NCBI GenBank assembly: GCA_024742285.1
Contig: JANSYR010000009.1
Location: 193,443-257,442, forward strand
Origin: a bacterium
GTDB lineage: Bacteria > Myxococcota_A > UBA9160 > UBA4427
Reading direction: 5' to 3'
Length of the DNA stretch: 64,000 bases
Shown here: positions 8,715 to 19,634 of the stretch, piece after piece
How positions within the stretch are numbered: the stretch's first letter is position 1
How the letters are laid out: every line of letters begins with the position of its first letter
The notes under the pieces: generated by a model
What the model was told of the DNA's origin: nothing
The model's database searches: none
The model's input: only the letters and a program-made list of their open reading frames with translations
Made by a program: the position numbers and the translations under genes

Positions 8715-10283
8715 ATGGCCTCCGTCGAGCAACTGAAAGCGCGATTCGCCGAGCACCTGCGTGAGAAGCGACTCGAGGGCGCCCTCGACGCGCTCGTGCT
8801 CCTCGAACGGGAGGAGCCGACGAAGGCCTGCTGGCCGCAGAAGCGTGCCCGCCTGCTCCGCGCGAAGGCGGACCCTCGAGGAGAGCTCGAGGCGCTCCGG
8901 CGCGCACTCGAGCTCCAGATCGATCAGGGGGTCATCCTCGACGCGATCGCGAGCTGCCAGTCCATCCTCGAGCTCGCGCCCGAAGATTCCCGCACCCTCG
9001 AGACGCTCGACCTGCTCTACCTCGAAGGCCCGCCGCTCGAGTCCGGTCCGGCTGGGCCCGCCCTGCCGAGGGCCGAGCCGGTGATGGCCGTGCCTGCCGC
9101 CAGGCCGGCTCTCGGTCCGACGAGCGTCCCCGCGAGCTGGGGGGAGGACGCCGACGAGCCCCTCGATTCCCTGGTGCTGACCGACGTCGTGCCCGGCGCG
9201 CGATCGTTGCCGCGCGATTCCGGCCCGGGTGTGAACGAGATTCCGATCGATCTCGTGGACGCGGTCGACGAGAGCGCGCCGGACCTCCACCTCGACCGCT
9301 GGTCGTCGAGCGACGACCTCCGCGACGTGGCGGCCGCGCAGGCGATCTGTCTGCCCAGCAACCGCGATGTCGTTGCCGCCCAGGCGATCTGTCTCCCGAA
9401 TGACGACGAGCTGGCCGGCACGGCCGAGACCCGCGGCGAGCGCGGAGCGAACCTTCGCAACGAGCTCGCGAACATCCCGCTCTTCGGCGACCTCGACCCG
9501 GCGAGTCTCCACACCCTGATCCGGCGCGTCCGCGCCGTGTCTCTCGAGCCGGGGCAGATCCTCTTCCGCCAGGGCGACCCGGCGAACAGCCTCTACGTGA
9601 TCGTCGAGGGCGCGGTCGTGCCGATCGCCGAGGGGGACCGACGGCGGAAGCTCGCGGTCCTCGAGCGGGGTTCCTTCTTCGGCGAGATCGGGTTGATGAC
9701 CAAGCAGCCGCGCAACGCCACGATCGAGGCCCTCGTCGACACGAAGCTCCTGGCCATCGACCGGCGCCTGGTACGTCAGCTGATCGCCGATGCGCCGGGC
9801 GTGGCGAAGAGCATCCTCCGCTTCCTGCGTGCTCGCATGATCGATCGCCAGATCCGCACGAACCTCTTCTTCTCGGCGTTCGCTCATGCAGAGCGTGCCG
9901 CGGTCGCGAAGCAGTTCCGATTCCTCGAGGTCGCCGACGGAGCGAAGGTGATCGAGCGGGGACGGGCACCGGACGGTCTCTACGTCGTGCTCTCGGGAGA
10001 GCTCTCCGTGGTGGGGCCGGCGAGCCCGGGTACGGGCGAGCCCGACAAGGAGCTCGCGACCCTCGGCTTGAGCGACGTCTTCGGAGGCCTGTCGCTGATC
10101 GAAGGGCGGCTCCCGGCCGGCGACGTCATCGCACGCGGGAAGTGCTGGCTCGTCGTCCTCGGCGAGGGGCGCTTTCGGAGGATCCTCGACGCGAACCCGC
10201 GCCTCTCGCGGGTGCTCCGGCGGATCGCGCTCGCCGCTGCCGAGGAGTCCGGTACGCAGTACCGCGACGTCCCCGTGCTCTAG
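8715..10283 (+). CDS. Protein with two cyclic-nucleotide-binding domains and a TPR-like N-terminus
   Basis: Two cNMP-binding signatures (FFGEIGLMTKQPRNATIEA and VFGGLSLIEGRLPAGDVIA). Start trimmed to the ATG at 8715 (MASVEQLKARF). Confidence 0.8.
   Translation: MASVEQLKARFAEHLREKRLEGALDALVLLEREEPTKACWPQKRARLLRAKADPRGELEALRRALELQIDQGVILDAIASCQSILELAPEDSRTLETLDLLYLEGPPLESGPAGPALPRAEPVMAVPAARPALGPTSVPASWGEDADEPLDSLVLTDVVPGARSLPRDSGPGVNEIPIDLVDAVDESAPDLHLDRWSSSDDLRDVAAAQAICLPSNRDVVAAQAICLPNDDELAGTAETRGERGANLRNELANIPLFGDLDPASLHTLIRRVRAVSLEPGQILFRQGDPANSLYVIVEGAVVPIAEGDRRRKLAVLERGSFFGEIGLMTKQPRNATIEALVDTKLLAIDRRLVRQLIADAPGVAKSILRFLRARMIDRQIRTNLFFSAFAHAERAAVAKQFRFLEVADGAKVIERGRAPDGLYVVLSGELSVVGPASPGTGEPDKELATLGLSDVFGGLSLIEGRLPAGDVIARGKCWLVVLGEGRFRRILDANPRLSRVLRRIALAAAEESGTQYRDVPVL
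9324..9407 (+). repeat. 42-nt (14-aa) in-frame tandem duplication inside the cNMP-binding gene
   Basis: DVAAAQAICLPSNR / DVVAAQAICLPNDD. The DNA core gcc gc(g/c) cag gcg atc tgt ct(g/c) cc occurs at 9333 and 9375. Confidence 0.8.
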
Positions 10284-10321
10284 CGGCGCGTCGATTCGGC
10301 GAGGGGCAGGAAGGCCACCGC

Positions 10322-12145
10322 CTACGGCTTCGCTTCGGTCGCATTGCCGTCCTCGAGCAGGACCTCGGTCTCGCTCGTTTCCCCTTCCTGCGACGCGCGC
10401 GGGAGGTAGGGCTCGGCGATGCCGATCTTGATCGGCGTACGGCGCGGAAGGGGAGTCGAGGCGTAGATGCCGTTGAGGACGCCGGTGAAGACGACTTCGA
10501 GCTCGTTTCGCGTGCGCTCGGAGAGCTCGGCCAGGGTCTCGTTCTCGAGCGAGCGGGCGATTCGCAGGCGTGTCACGCGAAGCGAGCGGGCGCTCTCTTC
10601 GTCGAGCGCGCGGAAGCTGTGAGCGAAGGCCCGCGCACGCCCGCGATAGCGGCTCGCGTCGAAGGACAGCACTTGCAGGCGGTACACCAGGTCCTCGTAG
10701 GCGATGAAGGTCATCAGAGCAAAGAGCGGCCCGCCGGGCGTGATCGCTCGTCCCTCGATCCGTATGGCGTCGAGGTCGCCGATCTTGAGCGCGCGCCGCT
10801 CGCGGACACGGACGGTGACGCCCTCGAACTCCGCCTCGAGGAACGCGTCGACGACCGCATCGAGGGGCTCTTCCGTGGAGCCCACGACCGTGAGCTCGGC
10901 CTGGGCATCCCGTCGCGGCGAGACGGCGACGACCTGGCGCGTCGAGTTGAGCGTGTCCCAGCCCGGTGGGAAGCGGAGCGAGAAGCGCAGCTCCGGATGG
11001 ACGAACTTGTTCTCTTCGTCGAAGAGGCCGCCCGCCGGGTCGTCGCCGAGCACGAGCCCGTCGACCATCGCGTAGTACCCGGCAGACCCATCGCGCGCGA
11101 CGCTCTCGATCGCGGTCCACTCCATGTTGCCCGCGCGATCCAGGGCGATCGCCGCGCGCTCGGGGCTGGTCGGATGGGTCGCGTAGTACGAGGGCAGGCG
11201 CGACCAACCGACTTCGTAGCGCTCCGATGCATCGAGTTTGCGCAGGAACTCGGCGATCGCCGCCGGGTCGTAGCCCGCCCGGGCCGCGAGGATCTGCCCT
11301 CCACGATCGGCATCGCGCTCCTGATCGCGCCCGTAGGCGGCGATCCGCGCCGCGCGCAGGAAGACCATGGTGAAGGGGTTCTGGCGCTTGGCGTACTCGA
11401 GACGCGCCGCGGCGTGGCGCTCGGCCGCGTGGGTGATCTCGTGGCCCAGCACGCCGGCGAGCTCGTCCTCGCTCGTGACCAGCGCCAGCAGCCCGCGCGA
11501 GACGTAGATCTTTCCGCCGGGAAGCGCGAACGCGTTCGGCGCGCTCTGATCGACGATCTTGAACTCGTAGTCGAAGGGGCGACTCGGGGCGTGGCGCAGG
11601 AGCCGGAGGGCGATGCTCGTCACGTAGGCGTGGAGCTCTTCGTCGTCGACGATTCCCATCTCCGCCTCGATGACCGAGGTCTGATCGTCGCCGACGCGCG
11701 CGTCGTCGTACTCGGTGTCGAGGACGACCTTTCGTTGCGGTGGTTCTTCTCTGTCTTCGTCTTCTTCTTCGTCTGGTTCTTCTTCCGGTTCCCCGTCCGG
11801 AGGCGGTCCCTCACTCGGCTCGTCTTCCCCGTCCGGAGGCGGTCCCTCGCTCGGCTCGTCTTCCACGCCGGGGGGCGTCGTCTCCGAGGTCTCGGCGGCG
11901 GCCGCGGTCGGGGGCTCTTCGACCGGGGGGTCCTCGACGGGTTCGTCCGGCTCCTCCGAAGCGACCTCCGGTTCGTTCGGCATCCAGGGCCCGACGACCA
12001 CGCCCACCGGCGGGTCCGCCGGATCCGGCCGCACGCGTTCTCCCGCACAGGCGGTGGCGAGCAGCGCGATCGCGAGGAGGAGAGGGGCGAGACGGGTCAA
12101 GGTCGGACTCGGATCGTTGGGCGGAACGAGGGTCGAGTCTATCAT
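10322..12145 (-). CDS. M48-family zinc metalloprotease lipoprotein
   Basis: HExxH in GVLGHEITHAAERHAA. Lipobox LLATACAG near the N-terminus, followed by an acidic Pro/Glu-rich linker. Confidence 0.85.
   Translation of the reverse strand: MIDSTLVPPNDPSPTLTRLAPLLLAIALLATACAGERVRPDPADPPVGVVVGPWMPNEPEVASEEPDEPVEDPPVEEPPTAAAAETSETTPPGVEDEPSEGPPPDGEDEPSEGPPPDGEPEEEPDEEEDEDREEPPQRKVVLDTEYDDARVGDDQTSVIEAEMGIVDDEELHAYVTSIALRLLRHAPSRPFDYEFKIVDQSAPNAFALPGGKIYVSRGLLALVTSEDELAGVLGHEITHAAERHAAARLEYAKRQNPFTMVFLRAARIAAYGRDQERDADRGGQILAARAGYDPAAIAEFLRKLDASERYEVGWSRLPSYYATHPTSPERAAIALDRAGNMEWTAIESVARDGSAGYYAMVDGLVLGDDPAGGLFDEENKFVHPELRFSLRFPPGWDTLNSTRQVVAVSPRRDAQAELTVVGSTEEPLDAVVDAFLEAEFEGVTVRVRERRALKIGDLDAIRIEGRAITPGGPLFALMTFIAYEDLVYRLQVLSFDASRYRGRARAFAHSFRALDEESARSLRVTRLRIARSLENETLAELSERTRNELEVVFTGVLNGIYASTPLPRRTPIKIGIAEPYLPRASQEGETSETEVLLEDGNATEAKP
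11791..11862. repeat. 2 x 36-nt tandem repeat (encodes EDEPSEGPPPDG twice) in the M48 protease linker
   Basis: ccccgtccggaggcggtccctc(a/g)ctcggctcgtctt repeated head to tail with one mismatch. Confidence 0.85.
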
Positions 12146-12225
12146 CCGGCTCGTTCCGCGGCCGAGAGGCGAGAGCCCGCCCGCCGCCGGGTGACCTTCG
12201 GTTCGTGTAGCCAGGACGGAGAGAT

Positions 12226-13908
<1,683 letters not shown>

Positions 13909-14008
13909 CGAGTCAGGGAGCCGCGACCGCGGCGTCGGCTCGCGCGCGCTCCGCGTAGGCGGATGCGCACGCCACGAGTCGAGCTGAGAAGTTGGCGCGG
14001 ACGACCCC

Positions 14009-14031
14009 GTTGCCGAGCGCCCGCAGGCAAC
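14009..14031. repeat. Hairpin repeat copy (GTTGCC-GAGCGCCCGCA-GGCAAC) between convergent gpmI and marR-like genes
   Basis: Shares the 17-nt core gccgagcgcccgcaggc with the tandem pair at 20732-20786. The stem bases differ but pairing is kept. Confidence 0.6.
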
Positions 14032-14034
14032 AGA

Positions 14035-14604
14035 CTAGAACGAGTCGCTCATCTTCGTGAGAAGCCGGGTGAACTCCGCCTGCTCTTCGGTGGTGAGCGC
14101 CTTCTTCGTGTGCTCGACGACGTTGAGCAGGCCGGCCTGGTAGCGCTGGAGCGCTTCGAAGGCGGCGGGCGTCGCTTCGAGGACGACCGAGCGGCGGTCC
14201 TGCGGGTTCGGATGCCGATTGACGAGCCCGCGATCCTGGAGTCGATCGACGATCGCGGTCATCGTGCTTCTCGGCAGTCCGAGATCGGCGACCAGACTCT
14301 TCACGCTCGTCGGGCCGCTCGAGGTGAGCAGGGCGAGCAGGTCGAGCTCACGGCCGAAGAGGCCGGTGGTGACCTCGAGGTTGATGCCGCGGAGCCTCAG
14401 TCGAAGGCTCATGTGAACCATCGCATCGAGCATGGCCCGATCCGGCGGTGCCACAGCGTCGAGGCGGTCCTGCGCCGAAGGGCCAGCCGCGGCCACCGGC
14501 GTGGGGCGGGCGGCCAGGTTCATGCCGCCTCCCGGCGGCTGCTGTCCGTTTGGGTTCATGGTTGCGATGCTCTCGTTCAGAGGGGTGTGGATTTGTGTCG
14601 TCAT
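14035..14604 (-). CDS. MarR family transcriptional regulator
   Basis: Winged-helix segment LLALLTSSGPTSVKSLVADLGLPRSTMTAIVDRLQDRGLVNRHPNPQDRRSVVLEATP. Start is uncertain: ATG at 14604 or the track start at 14682. Confidence 0.8.
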   Translation of the reverse strand: MTTQIHTPLNESIATMNPNGQQPPGGGMNLAARPTPVAAAGPSAQDRLDAVAPPDRAMLDAMVHMSLRLRLRGINLEVTTGLFGRELDLLALLTSSGPTSVKSLVADLGLPRSTMTAIVDRLQDRGLVNRHPNPQDRRSVVLEATPAAFEALQRYQAGLLNVVEHTKKALTTEEQAEFTRLLTKMSDSF

Positions 14605-14756
14605 GCCCTTTGATACGTTCGAAGGGTCGAACCGGTTTCGTCCAAGATCAATCCTAAAGTACGGCCATCGAAGCAATGTCACGAAACTTCTACGGTTTCC
14701 TTTCGGATCGGGGAATCTCTACGGATCTGCCCGTCGAAACGCGTGGAGAGTCACTC

Positions 14757-16547
14757 GTGACGGTTCGTCGGATTCGCGTCGATGTGATCGCGATCGCAGC
14801 GTTAGGTTTTTTCTTCTCTAGCGGCTTCACCACGCCCACGATCTCGACCGCCGCGCCGCAGCCGGATCTCGGCGTCCACTACGCCCCGGAGGACCCGGAC
14901 GCGCCGGCGGATCGCGACCGGACCTACGACTACTACCCGCCGACCCGGCCCGGCGGCGCCGTCGTCGTCTTCGTCCAGAGCCATCGTTGGAGTGAGCGCA
15001 TCCCCGACCGGCTCCTGCTCTCGGGCTTCGTCAAGGGCGTGATTCGCGGCGGACACGCGGTCTTCGTCGTGCGCCATCGAAGCGGGTCGCGCGCTCGCCA
15101 TCCGGGGCCCGCGCGGGACGTCGCGAAAGCCGTCGCGCATCTGCTCACGCGGGTGCGCGAAGAGGGCCTCGACCCGGAGCGGGTCTTCCTCGTGGGGCAT
15201 ACGTCCGGTGCCCAGACGGCGTTGCTGGTCGCGCTCGATCCGCGGCATCTCGAGGCCGAGGGTGTCTCGCCGGACGCGATCGCCGGCGTCGTCTCCTTCT
15301 CCGGGGTCCTCGATCTCGGACCGCGTCCCGAGCGTCTCGCCGAGGAAGAAGCCGCGATCGCCGCGGCGTTCCCTTCGCTCCGTGACCGGGCGGAAGCCCA
15401 GCCCGCCTCCTGGCTCGATCGGGATCGCCCTCCGATCCTGCTCCTCACCGCCGGCCGCGACCTACCCGGACGGACCGCGGAAGCGCAGGCGTTCATGGAG
15501 CAGTCGAAGCGTGTCGGGCGCGGGCCCGTACAACGCTTCCTGATCGACGGTCGGGACACCGCCACGATCCTGGATCTCGTCTCGCGCAGCGGAGCCACGC
15601 AGCTCCTCGAATTCCTCGACCACGATTCGAAGAGCGGCGCCCTGCCGGAACGCTGGCAGATCGTCGAGACCTGGAACGATCCGCCTCCGCCATTCACGAC
15701 CGAAGACTTCCACACGCGCTTCGCGGACCTGATCGAGACCCACGACGCCGACGATCGATTCACGGAGGTGTTGAACCGCCCGTTCCCCGCACCGCCCGGT
15801 GCGCCCTTCCGCCTGCGATTCGGCACCTACCGTTCGATCGATCTCGTGAAGCTGCTCGAAGCGATGGGGCCGGAAGAGACCGGGCCGGGCGATTTCCTGG
15901 TCCTGACCAATGTCCGCGGCGAGAAGGCCTTCTTTCCCATGTCCCGGATACGCGCGCTCTCGGCGCGGGTCGTCGTGGGGCTCGATGGGGAGCGGAATCT
16001 CTTCCGGGCCACGGATCTCTACCACACGGTTCGTCGCTACACGTGGGTCGACGTCCATCCCGAGCGGGTCGACATGGCGCGGCCGCTCGGTGCCTTCCTC
16101 TTCTTTCCGGGGGAGGAGCCGAGTCGCTCCGAGTCGCTCCCGCTCTTCGGGCGCTATGCGCTGACCACGTCGTCGTTCGCGCTCGTCGACGGCGATCCGA
16201 GGGACGCGCTCGCCGATCTGCCGATCGCCGGGCGGAAGGTGATCCTCGAAGCGCGACAATGTGTGACGTGCCATCGCGTCCGCGACGTGGGCGGGCGAGC
16301 GCTCCACATTCGCGCCCGGGACGCGAAGCCGATGGGCGGTCACGCGCTTCCCCTCGAGCGCTATCCGGAGGTCGTCTGGCGACGCTTCGTCTTCGAACAG
16401 GAGACCGTCGCCGACGAGATCGGCGCGAACGTCGTCGACTTCACGCCGGAGGAGGCGAAGGCGCTCTACGAGATGATCGTCGCCGAGCGAGAGCGGCGCG
16501 GCGTGGCGCCCTGGCACCGTCCCGAGCGCGACCGGGATCGCCCGTGA
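14757..16547 (+). CDS. Alpha/beta hydrolase fused to a C-terminal c-type cytochrome-like domain
   Basis: N-terminal hydrophobic anchor VIAIAALGFFFSSG, nucleophile elbow VFLVGHTSGAQ, and a C-terminal CxxCH heme motif (RQCVTCHRVRD) with a downstream Met (KPMGGH). Start is the GTG at 14757 (GGAGAG upstream) or the ATG at 14676. Confidence 0.65.
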   Translation: MTVRRIRVDVIAIAALGFFFSSGFTTPTISTAAPQPDLGVHYAPEDPDAPADRDRTYDYYPPTRPGGAVVVFVQSHRWSERIPDRLLLSGFVKGVIRGGHAVFVVRHRSGSRARHPGPARDVAKAVAHLLTRVREEGLDPERVFLVGHTSGAQTALLVALDPRHLEAEGVSPDAIAGVVSFSGVLDLGPRPERLAEEEAAIAAAFPSLRDRAEAQPASWLDRDRPPILLLTAGRDLPGRTAEAQAFMEQSKRVGRGPVQRFLIDGRDTATILDLVSRSGATQLLEFLDHDSKSGALPERWQIVETWNDPPPPFTTEDFHTRFADLIETHDADDRFTEVLNRPFPAPPGAPFRLRFGTYRSIDLVKLLEAMGPEETGPGDFLVLTNVRGEKAFFPMSRIRALSARVVVGLDGERNLFRATDLYHTVRRYTWVDVHPERVDMARPLGAFLFFPGEEPSRSESLPLFGRYALTTSSFALVDGDPRDALADLPIAGRKVILEARQCVTCHRVRDVGGRALHIRARDAKPMGGHALPLERYPEVVWRRFVFEQETVADEIGANVVDFTPEEAKALYEMIVAERERRGVAPWHRPERDRDRP

Positions 16548-17068
16548 CCGATCCGCTCGACGCACTGCGCGCGCTCCACGCGGACCTCGACCACGAGGCG
16601 GAACGGCTCGAACGGCTCCACGCGGAGCGGCTCCAGTGCGGGCGCGGCTGCGCGGCGTGCTGTCTCGACGGGCTCACGGTCCGGGCAGTCGAGGCGGAAC
16701 GGATCCGCGCTGCCCATCCCGAGCTCCTGCGCGACGGGGCGCCGGGACCCGAGGGCGGCTGCGCGTTCCTCGACGAAGCGGGGGCGTGCCGGATCTACGT
16801 CGACCGTCCGTCCGTGTGCCGCTCACAGGGGCTTCCCCTTCGCGTCCTCTTCGAGACGGAAGAGGGCGAGATCGACGAGCGGCGGGACATCTGCCCGCTC
16901 AATCTCGACGGCGGGCCCCCGCTCGTCGAGCTCGCCGAGGAAGCCTGCTGGCTCGTCGGTCCCTTCGAGCTTCGCCTCGAGGCGATCGACGAAGCCTTCG
17001 GCGGACCGGATGCGGGCCGCGTAGCGCTTCGCTCGCTCTTCGAGGCCGACGAAGGTTCCCTCGATTAG
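16544..17068 (+). CDS. YkgJ-family (UPF0153) cysteine-cluster protein
   Basis: CGRGCAACC...GCAFLDEAGACRIYVDRPSVCR pattern. The GTG start overlaps the upstream stop (GTGA), implying translational coupling. Trimmed from the 341-aa track ORF. Confidence 0.7.
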   Translation: MTDPLDALRALHADLDHEAERLERLHAERLQCGRGCAACCLDGLTVRAVEAERIRAAHPELLRDGAPGPEGGCAFLDEAGACRIYVDRPSVCRSQGLPLRVLFETEEGEIDERRDICPLNLDGGPPLVELAEEACWLVGPFELRLEAIDEAFGGPDAGRVALRSLFEADEGSLD

Positions 17069-17778
17069 TCGGGGCCGTGTCGGATCACGAAGAGCTTCTC
17101 GATCCCTTTCCAGGTCCAGTAGCCGACGAAACCGACGGGTCCGAGAATCCGCTTCGGCTCTTTCAGCTCCAGCGTGAGCGAGATTCGAGAGAGCGCCGCA
17201 TGATCACGCAGCCGATCGACTCGTCCCGTGAGCGAGTCGAGTTCGGACTGTACGCGGGTCAGCTCCCGTTCGATCGCGAGGATGTCCTTGATTTCGGTCG
17301 CCCTGTCGAGGAGGCGGCGCATTCGATCGCGGAGAGCACGTAGATTCGCGATCCGTGCGTCGAGGTCGATCACTTGATCGCTCACGTCGTCGACCGAGAC
17401 ATTCCGCGAGACGACCTCGCCGAGGGCAGCCAGCGACGCGAGCGCGTTCTCGAGCTGGTCGACGGGCACGCGCAGGCCGATCGCGACGCGCTCCTCACCG
17501 GAGGCGGACGTGCGGTCCACGCGCCCCCCGAGGTTCTCGACGATCGAGACGGCCCGGTTGCGCGTTCCTTCGACCGACTCGACTTCGAGGTGCAGCGAAG
17601 CGCTCTTGACCAGCAGGGTGGGCTCCGCAGAGGCCCGCCGATTCCCCGGAGTGGTCGCATCTCCGCCGTCGAAGGCCATCGCGGAAGCGGGCGGCGAGGC
17701 GAGTCCTTTGGATCCCGCACACCCGGGCGCACCGATCAGCGCGAGGAGTCCCAGGACGAATAGCGTGTGCGTTCGCAT
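17065..17778 (-). CDS. DUF4349-family lipoprotein
   Basis: MRTHTLFVLGLLALIGAPGCAG lipobox, a central coiled coil (DLDARIANLRALRDRMRRLLDRA...ERELTRVQSELDSL), and a C-terminal hydrophobic tail. Trimmed from a 626-aa run-on ORF. Confidence 0.7.
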   Translation of the reverse strand: MRTHTLFVLGLLALIGAPGCAGSKGLASPPASAMAFDGGDATTPGNRRASAEPTLLVKSASLHLEVESVEGTRNRAVSIVENLGGRVDRTSASGEERVAIGLRVPVDQLENALASLAALGEVVSRNVSVDDVSDQVIDLDARIANLRALRDRMRRLLDRATEIKDILAIERELTRVQSELDSLTGRVDRLRDHAALSRISLTLELKEPKRILGPVGFVGYWTWKGIEKLFVIRHGPD

Positions 17779-17822
17779 GCGCCGGAAGACACCACGTCGG
17801 TGAAGCCGGTTCCGACCCGGTG

Positions 17823-18440
17823 CTATTCGGGAACGGCCATCCCACGCTCGACCGCGGGCCGCGCCGCGATCCTGTCGAGCCAGTCGACGAGTCGCTTCCG
17901 GTTCGCGATCCAGTCCACGCCGAGTCCCTGGGCGATCCGCAGCCAGGGGAAGTGCATGATGTCGCCGATCGTGTACTGGCCGGCCAGGTACTCGCGCTCC
18001 CCGTCGGCGAGGATGCGATCGATCACGCCGCAGAGGCGATCCATTTCGCCCCCGAAGATCTCGATCATCTCCTGGTTCTTCTCGCCTTCCTTGCGCAGGG
18101 CCGCGCCCAGGCGACCGAGGTTCGGGCCCACGCCGCCCGTCTGGAAGAAGGCGTACTGGATCGCCTCCATCCGCTCGACCTCGTCCTTGGGGAGGATCCG
18201 GCCCTCCGGATCGTAGTTCTCGCCGAGGTGGAGCAGGATCGCGCCGCTCTCCCAGATCGCCTGACCATCGTCGACGATTGCGGGAATCTTGTGGTTCGGA
18301 TTGATGGCGAGGAACTCGTCCCGGAACTGCTGTTCTTCCTGCAGGTTCACCCACTCGACCTCGTAGTCGAGGCCGAGCTCCTCGAGGGCGATGGAGACCT
18401 TGCGACCGTTGGGGGTCTGGGCGGTGTAGAGCTTGATCAT
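17823..18440 (-). CDS. Glutathione S-transferase
   Basis: MIKLYTAQTPNGRKVSIALEELGL...INPNHKIPAIVDDGQAIWESGAILLHL (thioredoxin-fold GSH site) plus a helical C-terminal domain. Trimmed from a 383-aa ORF. Confidence 0.8.
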   Translation of the reverse strand: MIKLYTAQTPNGRKVSIALEELGLDYEVEWVNLQEEQQFRDEFLAINPNHKIPAIVDDGQAIWESGAILLHLGENYDPEGRILPKDEVERMEAIQYAFFQTGGVGPNLGRLGAALRKEGEKNQEMIEIFGGEMDRLCGVIDRILADGEREYLAGQYTIGDIMHFPWLRIAQGLGVDWIANRKRLVDWLDRIAARPAVERGMAVPE

Positions 18441-18487
18441 CGGTTCTCTCCCGGCGGGCCTCTCGGGCTCCAGGGTGTCGGCGCGCG

Positions 18488-19153
18488 TCAGCGGCTGCGA
18501 GCGTAAGCGAAGTTGCCGACGGCTTCGAGTTCGAAGTCGCGACCCAGCTCCCGCTCGATCCGTTCGCGGAACTCGGTGGCGGTTCGGGGCGGAGCGATCT
18601 CTCCGGATCGGCATAGGAGCCGGAGATACCGATCCCCGAACCACCGCCCGAGGACCAGGCTGGAGACGAAGACGTCGCCGCCCGGGGCCAGCACCCGTGC
18701 CCACTCCCGTGTGAGCGACGTGGTCTCCGGGAAGACGTGATAGGCGCCCTGGCAGAGCACGGTCGAGACCCCGCCGTCGACGAAGGGGAGGGCGTTGGCG
18801 TCGGCCTGGAGGAAGACGAGCCCGGACGGGATCTCGTCGCGGAAGGCGAGCACCCGCTCCCGGGCGCGGCGCAACATCGCGAGCGACCGGTCCAGCACGA
18901 TGGTCGGGCGCGCACCCTGCGCGTGGCGGGCGGCGGCATCGACACAGGTGCCCGCGGCCACGTCGACGATCCATCCCGTCGGCGCGGAGGCGACGGCGTC
19001 GTCGATGAATCGGGTGTTGTCTTCGCGGGTCACACCCCAGGCGAGGCGCAGATAGCGCGGGGAGGAAACGGCCCGGTCGTAGGTCGCGGCGACACGGTCG
19101 TAGGGAGCGCCGAGGTCGCCTTCGTCGAGGATCGATTCGAGGTCGGTGTCCAC
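18488..19153 (-). CDS. Class I SAM-dependent methyltransferase
   Basis: Motif I IVDVAAGTC and post-I/II elements LQADANALPF and LAPGGDVFVSS. No in-frame ATG, so the start is placed at the GTG at 19151-19153, 4 nt after the upstream stop. Confidence 0.65.
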   Translation of the reverse strand: MDTDLESILDEGDLGAPYDRVAATYDRAVSSPRYLRLAWGVTREDNTRFIDDAVASAPTGWIVDVAAGTCVDAAARHAQGARPTIVLDRSLAMLRRARERVLAFRDEIPSGLVFLQADANALPFVDGGVSTVLCQGAYHVFPETTSLTREWARVLAPGGDVFVSSLVLGRWFGDRYLRLLCRSGEIAPPRTATEFRERIERELGRDFELEAVGNFAYARSR

Positions 19154-19157
19154 GTCG

Positions 19158-19535
19158 TCAACCCTCCCAACCTTCTTCGCGTGCAGCAGCTTCCCAGTTC
19201 CTCCCGTCGAAGTCTTCGATCGGAAGGTCTGGCAGTCCGCCCTCGAGGCACCGCGCGTTGACACTCCAACGGCTCGGGTCGATTCGCGGTCGATGGAAGG
19301 GGTGGATGCCGCAGTGGCGGCAGAAGAGATGCTCGGCGGTCTTCGAGTGGAAGCGGTACGAGGAGAGGTCGGCCCCACCCGCGAGGATCTCGACATGGTC
19401 GACCTCGCCGACGGCGAGCAGGAGCGCCCCCTTCGCCTGGCACATCGAGCAGTTGCACCGGACGAGGTGCGTCGCGTGATGTTCGACCCGGAAGCGAACG
19501 GCGCCACAGTGGCAGCGCCCCGGAGACTCGGTCAC
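19158..19535 (-). CDS. GFA (glutathione-dependent formaldehyde-activating/CENP-V-like) family zinc protein
   Basis: CHCGAVRF...CNCSMCQAKG...FCRHCG cysteine pattern. 125 aa. Confidence 0.8.
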   Translation of the reverse strand: MTESPGRCHCGAVRFRVEHHATHLVRCNCSMCQAKGALLLAVGEVDHVEILAGGADLSSYRFHSKTAEHLFCRHCGIHPFHRPRIDPSRWSVNARCLEGGLPDLPIEDFDGRNWEAAAREEGWEG

Positions 19536-19634
19536 GGCGGCTCCTCCCGAATGGCTGGACGCCGGACCACACTACCCCATTTTCGGATCCCGCCTAGCGT
19601 GAATCGTGATTCAACGTCGGGTCCGCTCGACGGC

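Noticed and set aside
17065-18945. Very long track ORFs (626, 383, 852, 675, 555, 500 and 316 aa and others) that begin far upstream of the recognisable domain
   Set aside because: The N-terminal parts are in-frame read-through of upstream genes or spacers, with no stop by chance in GC-rich DNA. I trimmed each to the first start codon giving a sensible N-terminus (signal peptide, SD, or family-typical start). The trimmed start coordinates were checked against the sequence.
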